Assembly (NCBI GenBank): GCA_965287045.1
Contig: OZ336881.1
Location: 81,530,001-81,594,000 of the forward strand
Source: Carcharhinus amblyrhynchos
Taxonomy: Eukaryota
DNA length: 64,000 nt
Reading direction: 5' to 3'
The notes under the pieces were generated by a model. That model searched no databases and was not told where the DNA came from. It worked only from the letters and a program-made list of their open reading frames with translations. Both the position numbers and the translations under genes were made by a program. Shown piece by piece: positions 24,023 to 34,317 of this stretch; the stretch's first letter is position 1, and each line of letters opens with the position of its first letter.

Positions 24023-24215
24023 GTAAGAAACCTGACAACACCGGGTTAAAGGTTCACTTGGTATCACAAGCTTCCGGAGCGCGGCTCCTTCACCAGGCCA
24101 GTGAACACTGCTCCAAAAGCTCGTGATATCAAATAAACCTGTTGGGACCTTAACCTGGTGTTGTGAGACTTCTTACCGCGCCCACCCCCAGTCCAACGCC
24201 GGCATCTCCACATCA
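24023..24215 (+). mobile_element. Second, more degenerate copy of the 6440 palindromic Penelope-derived element
   Basis: acaacacc.gg arms and the same ccagtccaacgccggcat.tccacatca 3' extension. Confidence 0.75.
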
Positions 24216-24369
24216 TGTAAATGAATGAACGATATTGACCATATAAACTGCGTGTGAATTTTGGAATGCACTAAAGTGAGACTAAGAAGTTGAACGAGGG
24301 GGGGGCGCCTCTTTGTAGTCTGTTATTTGTACGCAAGAATGGGTTCTGCAGATGAGCTGAAAATCTTGC

Positions 24370-24375
24370 TTTATT
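24370..24375 (-). promoter_or_regulatory. Probable polyadenylation signal of NHSL1
   Basis: TTTATT on + (AATAAA on -), following a U-rich, TGTA-rich terminal-UTR-like block (24560-24720 on -). Confidence 0.5.
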
Positions 24376-25512
24376 TGAAGTGTGAAGACACAGCAATCGT
24401 TAACACCCTTCCCTCTACAAATAAAAGGCATTCGGAAAGGCCTCAGTGTTTCCAGTAAAGTCCCGACCAGAACAGGAAAGGGCCTTGCAGCCCTCCCTGT
24501 ACCTCCAGTAAAAGCAGATCCCAGACACGTGAAGGACAAGCAAGGAAAGCCTCTCTCACATTCTCCGTACTAAAATAAATAATCTACAAACCTGCAATGT
24601 AAAAACAAGAAACGCTAAAATGTACAAATTTCCAACGTTTACAAAGGGAATCCAAAAAAAAAATGTAGAGGCCATTTTACAATCTCTGTACACATAAAAA
24701 CAGTATATAAAGCTCAGAATTCAGGGAACATCTCTTCCCTTTGACAAGTCCAGCTGGCTCTGGCGCCAATTGAGTGAGCGAGCTTTAGTTGAGTTTAATC
24801 TGTAAGGCATTAATTGTGCGGCAGGGTGCGAACACTAAGTAATTATTCTTTTTAAAACCTCTCTGAATGTTTCTTAAAAAATACTGTAGGCAGTTTTTCT
24901 TCTTAGGAAAGGTTCTGTCTCTTTGGTAACCAAATGTCAGCAAGTATGACAGGATTTGGAATATTCTAGTCATGTATATCTCTGTAATAGTGTCTCAATC
25001 ATCACTGTCACCCCCATGTCCTTCACACTCTTTCCTGGGCCTCGCTCTCTCCTCTCCTCCTCCTCACTGACACCTATTAGTGATTGTTCCACTCTCACTG
25101 CTCTCTCGGCTTCACTCTACCCAAATACCCCAAATGTTGGAGCGTACCCAGTGAGTTGTTCGACTCAAGGAGCATCATCACTCAATCCTGCACCTCCTGT
25201 CTGCCTCAGCTCAGGTGTAGACATGTTCTGTGCTGGGCTAACAGCTGGGAATCCTGCCTTGCTCACTCCACTTACAAATGCTGAGGGTGCCACTCAGGCC
25301 AACTACAGCCCAACCTGTAGCAGCCAGCTGTGTTCCTCATCGCAGGCTCTGCTCACTGAATCACCAAGGATTTCACTTTCTATCCGATATCTACTCCTGG
25401 CAGAGAAGGGAGGGACGCTGAAATCAGCCAGGGATCTAAATACGGAACAAATGTGGAATCTCTGGCCCAGACTTTGATGCCAAAGGCTTGAGGAGTTCAA
25501 TGCCACTTGAAA

Positions 25513-27423
25513 GCTGGCACAGAGGGAATAGGAACGGTGGCACAGAGGGAATGGGGTCTCTGGCAGAGAGGGAATGGGAACGCTGGCACAGAGGGAATGG
25601 GGATGCAGGCACAGAGGGAATGGGGACGCCGGCACAGAGGGAATGGGAACGCTGGCAGAGAGGGAATGGGGATGCCGGCACAGAGGGAATGGGGACGCTG
25701 GCAGAGAGGGAATGGGAACGCCGGCACAGAGGGAATGGGGACGCAGGCACAGAGGGAATGGGGACGCCGGCACAGAGGGAATGGGGACGCAGGCACAGAG
25801 GGAATAGGGACGCTGGCACAGAGGGAATGGGGACGCAGGCACAGAGGGAATAGGGACGCTGGCACAGAGGGAATGGGGACGCTGGCACAGAGGGAATAGG
25901 GACGCTGGCACAGAGGGAATAGGGACGCTGGCACAGAGGGAATGGGGACGCCGGCACAGAGGGAATGGGGACGCAGGCACAGAGGGAATGGGGACGCCGG
26001 CACAGAGGGAATAGGGACGCTGGCACAGAGGGAATGGGGGCGCTGGCACAGAGGGAATGGGGACGCCGGCACAGAGGGAATGGGGACGCAGGCACAGAGG
26101 GAATAGGGACGCTGGCACAGAGGGAATGGGGACGCTGGCACAGAGGGAATGGGAACGCTGGCACAGAGGGAATGGGGATGCAGGCACAGAGGGAATAGGG
26201 ACGCTGGCACAGAGGGAATGGGGACGCTGGCACAGAGGGAATGGGGATGCCGGCACAGAGGGAATGGGAACGCCGGCACAGAGGGAATGGGGATGCAGGC
26301 ACAGAGGGAATAGGGACGCTGGCACAGAGGGAATGGGGACGCCGGCACAGAGGGAATGGGGACGCCGGCACAGAGGGAATGGGGACGCCGGCACAGAGGG
26401 AATGGGGACGCCGGCACAGAGGGAATGGGAACGCCGGCACAGAGGGAATGGGGATGCAGGCACAGAGGGAATGGGGACGCAGGCACAGAGGGAATGGGGA
26501 CGCTGGCACAGAGGGAATGGGGACGCAGGCACAGAGGGAATGGGGACGCTGGCACAGAGGGAATGGGGACGCAGGCACAGAGGGAATGGGGACGCTGACA
26601 CAGAGGGAATGGGGACGCTGACATAGAGGGAATGGGGACGCAGGCACAGAGGGAATGGGGACGCAGGCACAGAGGGAATGGGGACGCAGGCACAGAGGGA
26701 ATGGGGACGCTGACATAGAGGGAATGGGGACGCAGGCACAGAGGGAATGGGGACGCTGACATAGAGGGAATGGGGACGCAGGCACAGAGGGAATGGGGAC
26801 GCAGGCACAGAGGGAATGGGGACGCAGGCACAGAGGGAATGGGGACGCAGGCACAGAGGGAATGGGGACGCTGACATAGAGGGAATGGGGACGCAGGCAC
26901 AGAGGGAATGGGGACGCAGGCACAGAGGGAATGGGGACGCTGGCACAGAGGGAATGGGGACGCAGGCACAGAGGGAATGGGGACGCTGACACAGAGGGAA
27001 TGGGGACGCTGACATAGAGGGAATGGGGACGCAGGCACAGAGGGAATGGGGACGCAGGCACAGAGGGAATGGGGACGCAGGCACAGAGGGAATGGGGACG
27101 CAGGCACAGAGGGAATGGGGACGCTGGCACAGAGGGAATGGGGACACAGGCACAGAGGGAATGGGGACGCTGGCACAGAGGGAATGGGGACGCAGGCACA
27201 GAGGGAATGGGGACGCAGGCACAGAGGGAATGGGGATGCAGGCACAGAGGGAATGGGGACGCAGGCACAGAGGGAATGGGGACGCTGGCACAGAGGGAAT
27301 GGGGACACAGGCACAGAGGGAATGGGGACGCAGGCACAGAGGGAATGGGGACGCAGGCACAGAGGGAATGGGGATGCAGGCACAGAGGGAATGGGGACGC
27401 TGGCACAGAGGGAATGGGGACGC
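25513..27423. repeat. 23-bp G-rich minisatellite, about 83 copies
   Basis: unit GC(T/C/A)GGCACAGAGGGAATGGGGAC. Confidence 0.97.
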
Positions 27424-28454
27424 TAGATTTGAGAAAGACTTTTAAGCAGACTTGATGGAAGTGACACTGGACTGGATGTGTGCCCCGAGGCAACTGCCCA
27501 GCCGGGCCTTCTGCCCAGAGCTCGGAGCAGGAGGAAGGTGGGCACAGACACTGGGCATGACCTGGATTGGGGAATGGGGGAGGCAGTCGAGGGGTCAGCA
27601 GGAAAGACAGGGAATGGCTTCCATCCCTTGTGTCACAGCCTGAGTTTTAAATGGGAATGTTGGGAAGTCGTCAGAGTGCTTGCCAGCTGGAAAATACCTC
27701 AAGGGGAGGTGAAAACCGGGATGCATGGAGATTTGTACGGAATAGTTTAATTGAAGAATGATCACAGCAGATATCTGGGAGAGGGAGGGAGTGCGGGTTG
27801 TGTGGAGTCAATCCCTGCCTTATTTATCATGGCTGGCTGATTGTGATCCCATGGCAGAATTGAACCAAAGTTAGTTACAACAGAAACGTGGCTTCCACAG
27901 ACTGTGCCAACGTCCACCTCTACCCAACATGACTGAGCACCCTACACTGGGATCAACCAGAACTAAACATAGCAACTGGGGTCAGACAGGGGTCTGTGTC
28001 TCTGTTTAAGATTCAGGGATGGGTATCAATGGTGCACCCATACCAATGACACCAAGTGCCTCTGATTCAGGCTGGCATCGTACCACACTCAGCTGAAACC
28101 GAGAGTGTTACAATTGGGTTAGCATTGGGTCAAACTGGCAAATGGCTTTCTTCAATCCATTACTTATCTAACTGGATAACTCTACTAACTTGAGAGCAAC
28201 TGAGGAAAAGGTAGGCAACTGAGAAGAAAAACATCGAAAATTATTTGTATTGAACTGAATGGACTCGGGAACATCCAAATCCCAAAAAAGCCATTGTTGT
28301 CCAACCGCCATTTCCTTCCCCCTTTTGAGTTCCTCTCCTCTCCTGAAGTTAGTGAGCGATATCGTCTGTGGTTCAGTCTCAAAGGCGACTTACTGGTGAC
28401 TGTGGGTGGCTCTGCCAAGCAAACAAGGTGAGGAGACTCTCTGGGGCAGGGAAG

Positions 28455-28815
28455 CCCACTGTCCTGACCTCTGACCCCACTGTCCTGGCCTCTGACCCCA
28501 CTGTCCTGGCCTCTGACCCCACTGTCCTGGCCTCTGAACCCACTGCCCTGGCCTGTGAACTCACTGCCCTCGCCTGTGACCCCACTGCCCTGGCCTCTGA
28601 ACCCACTGCCCTGGCCTCTGACCCCATTCTCCTGGCCTCTGACCCCATTGCCCTGGCCTTTGACCCCACTGTCCTGGCCTCCGAACCCACTGCCCTGGCC
28701 TGTGAACCCACTGCCCTGGCCTCTGACCCCATTGTCCTGGCCTCTGACCCCATTGCCCTAGCCTTTGACCCCACTGGCCTGGCCTCTGACCCCACTGTCC
28801 TGACTTCTGACCCCA
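28455..28815. repeat. 21-bp minisatellite CCCACTGTCCTGGCCTCTGAC, about 17 copies
   Basis: direct inspection; gives a spurious (PTVLASD)n ORF. Confidence 0.93.
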
Positions 28816-29364
28816 CCAGTCCACACCCTCTGACCCCACAGAAATGCAGTCGAGTGTTTTCTTACCCAACCTCCTGCACTCAGCACCTACAACCCCTCGG
28901 GAACACGAACCAACTACATTCTGACTACATTAACCAACCAGGCATTGAACAGGAAGCCCCTGGTCTGAACAGTTTGCTGTCATGCTGATTGACACATCTA
29001 ACTGTTAACGGCACAAAGGCTGGATCTCCGCTCGCACCCTGCTGTCTCCATGTGTTTGAGATTGACAATATTCCCAGCGTAAAGACTACACGCATCTTCC
29101 AATGCCGACCTTTCCATTTACAGTACTTGCTATTTCCTTCCTTCGCTACGGGATGGAGCGACCAACCCTACATTGTGGCTACAGCTTAGACCTCAATCCC
29201 CCACAAACAGCTCCTCTCTCCCAGAACCTGTCCAGGTACCAACGACGCCAATCTCTCTAGCTCAGCTCCACTGAGAAATTCCACTCCAGGGAAATAAACC
29301 CTTGCCCAGCTTTCAAAAACCTCTCACCCTCCTTGTCCTCTCTCTCTCTAGCCTTTCTTTTTTG

Positions 29365-29405
<41 letters not shown>

Positions 29406-29925
29406 CAACTCCAGATTCCTCCTGCCATCTCTTCGCTTCTCCCCACAGCCACTAGTCCGCCCAAGCGGCCTAGAGCCCGCCTCCATCTCAGAAAGACACA
29501 ACAGTCTATCGGCCACGCAGCCGATACTCGAGAGCCGCTTTTGCTCAAATCCTCCGCGCGTCTCTCCCCATTGAACACCAAGGTGCCCCTTTTCCCCTAC
29601 TTTGCAACACGTCAGAGGAGGACTTCACAGGCCGTAGAAGCGCTTATTGGAACTTCTTGAGGTTGTGAACGGCGCTATTTAAATGCAAGTCTTTCCGTTT
29701 CAGTGCACGGCTGGACACTTCCCACGTCTGCACAGCTCAGCACGGAGCAGGGTGGGCTGGGTGGGGATGGGGGGGGGGGGGGGGGTAGGAGGCCAAAGCC
29801 TTCACTTTTTAGGCATTTCCTCGGTGGGGGTTTTTTTGCCCTTTGCATTGCAGCTGACTTTGAAACAAAAATTAAAATGCAGTGGGGGGGATAAAATGAG
29901 TCTCTCTCGGTTTGGTTTCTATCTC

Positions 29926-30700
29926 TCACGAGACCCAATCCTGATTCGCACTTTCTTCACTCAAACCGGCGGAGCCGTTCTGGGCCAGGTAAACGTCCGC
30001 TGTTCCGCACACTGAGTCCGGAAGATTCCGTGAGGCAGGGGCCGAGAGGCTGCCACCTTTGGGCTCCTGCCCCCCCCAGATCTCACCCAGGCCACTGCTG
30101 CCGATGATGTCGCCCTCGCTGTGCCGGCGCCCCTCGTCGCTCGGGCCCTCGGCAGCCTCGGAGTTCTCCGCCTCCCCCTCACGGATGACGGTCATGGGGC
30201 TGCTGTGGAGCCGGTGGAGGTGCAGGTGCCGCGCGCTGTACCGGCTGCTGGCGGCCGAGGGGGGGGTCCGTGAGCGCCCGTGCCGGACGCCCGCCAGCCC
30301 CGCGCCCCGGGGCATCGGCCCCTCCTGCGAGGCCCACTCCTCGCGAGGGCTCCTGCCCCGGTGTCCCGGCGAGCGGCTCTCGGTCGGGCTCCAGCCGTTG
30401 GTCCGGGCCGTCTCGGCCTGCGAGGGTTCGGCGTGCCGGTGCCTGGGGTCGGTGCTCCTGAGCATCTCAGCGGCTGACATGCGGCAGCTCGTCTCCACTC
30501 TGCTGCCTTTCTTCAACAGCAGGGCCTTGAAGCTGTCGCTGCTGGTGCTGGATTTCCGCAGGTTCCTCTGGATGGAGCCAACCTGCTTGAAGCTGCCTGG
30601 ACTGGACACGGCTCCCGTGGGGGTGACGGGAGGGGAAAGGGACACGGTCTTACTGAGCTCATCCTCAGAATCTTTCCGTCCCAGAACCCTCCTTTTGGAC
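29926..30700 (-). CDS. NHSL1: NHSL1 terminal coding exon
   Basis: ctttAG|G TCC AAA; SKRRVLGRKDSEDE...SIQRNLRKSSTSSDSFKALLLKKGSR...MSAAEMLRSTDPR...RSRTPPSAASSRYS...SSPMTVIREGE are NHS-family C-terminal motifs; TGA at 29926-29928. Confidence 0.93.
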
Positions 30701-30789
30701 CTAAAGATGGGAAACACAATTGTAAAATTTACACCTAATCGTTACATAAAAAGAAATAGAGGAAGAGAGACAAGGGGGGCTAATGAAAA

Positions 30790-31610
30790 GCAGAGATAAA
30801 GAGATAGAGAGAGCGATAGATGGACATTGAAAAGCGAGGATAGAGAGATAGAATAGAGAGAGTGATAGACGGATAATGAAAAGCGAGGATAGAGAGATAG
30901 AGAATAGAGAGGGCAATAGAGAGATAGAGAGTGATAGATGGACATTGAAAAGCGAGGATAGAGAGATAGAATAGAGAGAGTGATAGAGAGATACAGAGTG
31001 ATAGATGGACATTGAAAAGCGAGGATAGAGAGATAGAGAATAGAGAGAGTGATAGAGAGATACAGAGCGATAGATGGACATTGAAAAGCGAGGATAGAGA
31101 GATAGAATAGAGAGAGCGATAGACAGATAATGAAAAGCGAGGATAGAGAGATAGAGAATAGAGAGAGTGATAGAGAGATACAGAGTGATAGATGGACATT
31201 GAAAAGCGAGGATAGAGAGACAGAGAATAGAGAGAGTGATAGAGAGATACAGAGTGATAGATGGACATTGAAAAGCGAGGATAGAGAGACAGAGAATAGA
31301 GAGAGTGATAGAGAGATACAGAGTGATAGATGGACATTGAAAAGCGAGGATAGAGAGACAGAGAATAGAGAGAGTGATAGAGAGATACAGAGTGATAGAT
31401 GGACATTGAAAAGCAAGGATAGAGAGAATAGAGAGAGCGATGGATGGATAATGAAAAGTGAAGATAGAGAGATGGAGTAGAAAGTGCAATGGATGGATAA
31501 TGGAAAGCGAGGATAGAGAGATAGAATAGAGAGGGTGATAGATAATGAAAAGTGAAGATAGAGAGATAGAGAATAGAGAGAGCGATGGATGGATAATGGA
31601 AAGCAAGAAT
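30790..31610. repeat. Compound GA/GATA-rich tandem repeat, core period 69 bp
   Basis: gatggacatt at 31191, 31260, 31329. Confidence 0.92.
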
Positions 31611-32369
31611 TTGCGATCTCACCCTTGAAGATGGAGAGAGGGGGCAGGGAGACAGGTACATATACAAACATACATATAAATCTGGCATTGAAAGCTAGTC
31701 TCAGCAGTGACAACTTTAGCTAGCCCAGCCAGCAACACACACGAGCCACAGAAGTTGAAAAAAAACAGTTATTGTAAAAACCCATCTGATTCACTAATGT
31801 CCTTTAGGGAAGGAAATCTGCCTTCCTTATCCGGCCTGGCCTACATGTGACTCCAGAGCCACAGCAATGTGGTTGACTCTCGATTACCCTCCGAAATGGC
31901 CTGGCAAGCCACTCAGTTCCAGGGCAATTAGGGATGGGCAATAAATGCTGACCCAACCAGTGACACCTACATCCCATGATAAGAATAAAGAAAACCAAAA
32001 TCTATAAATGATCATGACTGAAGGAGACTAACATTAATATCAATTATATATCGGAGGGAAAAAATTGCAGGGGTTTGGGGAGAGAGTGGGGGAGCAAGAC
32101 TAATTGGATAACTCGATCAAAGTCTATGATATATTGTTTTACATTTCTAAGATGGGTATAGAGGGATATGGGCCAAATGTGGGCAATTGGGACTAGCTTA
32201 GAGGTTTAAAAAAAGGGCAGTATGGGGAAGTTGGGCTGAAGGGCCAGTTTCCATGCTGTAAACCTCTACGACTCTAGCTAAGCAATGGAGAGCCCTTAGA
32301 GATTGAGAGCACAGAGACAGGCCACTGGCTTTGACTAGTCCACGTTAGTGGACTAGAGAAGTGGACTTA

Positions 32370-32745
32370 GTAGTACAAGATAATGAAGGCGATGGATAGG
32401 GTAGAGATAGAGAGATTCTTCCCACTTAGAAAGGATAGCAGGACTAGAGGGCACAGCCTCAAAATAAGTGGGGGGCAGTTTGGAATGGAGTTGAGGAGGA
32501 ACTTCTTCACTCAAAGGGTGGTGAGTCTCTGGAATTCTCTGCCTGTTGAAGTGGTGGAGGCTGCCTCGCTAAATATATTTAAGTCACGGGTAGATAGGTT
32601 TTTCGTAGGCAAGGGAATTAAGGGTTATGGGGAGAAAGCGGGAAAGTGGAGCTGATCCACTTCAGATCAGCCATGATCTTATTGAATGGCGGGGCAGGCT
32701 CGAAGGGCTAGATGGCCTACTCCTGCTCCTATTTCTTATGTTGGT
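32370..32745 (+). mobile_element. CR1/HER1-like 3' fragment
   Basis: DRVEIERFFPLRKDSRTRGHSLKI...WNSLPVEVVEA; same subfamily as 13357-14240. Confidence 0.9.
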
Positions 32746-33071
32746 ATATATGCTGCTTTAGGGGAAAGAGAGAAATTGCAGTTAGGAGCAATTATTCAGC
32801 TGTTTCCTCAGCATGAGAGTTCCCAAGATCAGGCATGGGTTATTCCTCAGAGAAATTTCCAGGCTGTATGTAACCCTTTGCACATCAGAGGCAAGTTCCA
32901 AGGAAGTCATCAGCCACATTAAACTAACACCTCTGCCCTCTCTATGCCCCAATGACCCTCCGAACCTGAGAGCAGGAAAGTTGTCCTATCATCGGTCAGT
33001 TCAGGAAATGACCAATCTCTCACTCTCGGGTTGATCCATGTTGGCTCACCATGGATCACTCCGCTCCCTAC

Positions 33072-33189
33072 CTGTGAATCACGGCAAACAAGTCCTCAGT
33101 TGTCCTGGGCCTGCTGGGAGTGCTGGGCTCTTCAATATTCCATCCGTAACTGCTGCCAAGGACGGGGGAACTGGGTTCAAACACATCAC
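33072..33189 (-). CDS. NHSL1: NHSL1 penultimate coding exon
   Basis: ggcAG/GTaggg; GDVFEPSSPVLGSSYGWNIEEPSTPSRPRTTEDLFAVIHR with the conserved RTTEDLFAVIHR motif; 118 nt, phase 1 to 2. Confidence 0.94.
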
Positions 33190-33524
33190 CTGCCAGAGGG
33201 TAGAATATTAACTCCAGTCACTGAAAGGTGAAGGAAGTATCGCAAAAACCAGATAGTTATCAACCTGTTACACCCCTGCGAATCCTATAACACTGTTACA
33301 CCCCCTATAAACTCTATAACCCTCTGTTACAGCCTCTGTAAACTCTATTACACGCTGTTACACCCTCAGTGAGTTCTATAATACTCTGTCATGCCCCCTA
33401 TAAAGTAACTGAATGGTCTGGAGTGGTTTAAAAAGGAGGGGAGATGGGAAGGAATTGGGAGAGGAAAGGACGAGTGGATTGAGTGATGAAGAGGTGTGAG
33501 GATGAGCAAAGGGGCAATGTGGAG

Positions 33525-34290
33525 AGAAGGGGGAGCAGGAGGGGGAGGAACAGGAGGAGGAGGAGCAAGAAGGGGAACAACGGGAGGGGGAACGGGAGGG
33601 GGAAACGGGGAGGAGGAACGGGGAGGAGGAACAGGGAGGAGGAACGGGGAGGAGGAATGGGAGGGGGAAACGGGGAGGAGGAAACGGGGAGGAGGAACGG
33701 GGAGGAGGAACGGGGAGGAGGAACGGGGAGGAGGAACGGGGAGGAGGAACGGGGAGGGGGAACGGGAGGGGGAAACGGGGAGGAGGAACGGGGAGGAGGA
33801 ACGGGGAGGAGGAACGGGGAGGAGGAACGGGGAGGAGGAATGGGAGGGGGAACGGGAGGGGGAAACGGGGAGGGGGAATGGGGAGGAGGAACGGGGAGGA
33901 GGAACGGGGAGGAGGAACGGGGAGGAGGAATGGGAGGGGGAACGGGAGGGGGAAACGGGGAGGAGGAACGGGGAGGAGGAACGGGGAGGAGGAACGGGGA
34001 GGAGGAACGGGGAGGAGGAACGGGGAGGAGGAACGGGGAGGGAACAGGGAGGCGGAACGGGGAGGAGGAACGGGGGTGGGGGGGGGAACGGGAGGGGGAA
34101 ACGGGGAGGAGGAACGGGGAGGAGGAACGGGGAGGAGGAACGGGGAGGAGGAACGGGGGTGGGGGGGGGAACGGGAGGGGGAAACGGGGAGGAGGAATGG
34201 GGAGGAGGAACGGGGAGGGAACAGGGAGGCGGAACGGGGAGGAGGAACGGGGGTGGGGGGGGGAACGGGGAGGACGGCGGGGTGGAGGAG
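33525..34290. repeat. Purine-rich 14-bp repeat GGAGGAGGAACGGG
   Basis: direct inspection. Confidence 0.95.
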
Positions 34291-34317
34291 AAAGTCAAAC
34301 CTGGCTGGAAATCTTAC

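Noticed and set aside
25303-27493. 628-685 aa Pro/Cys-rich ORFs on -
   Set aside because: Three-frame translations of the 23-bp minisatellite
28368-28988. (PTVLASD)n 206-aa ORF
   Set aside because: 21-bp tandem repeat; no splice or homology support
30701-31713. About 300-aa hydrophobic ORFs resembling membrane proteins
   Set aside because: Translations of an intronic CT/AT-rich repeat
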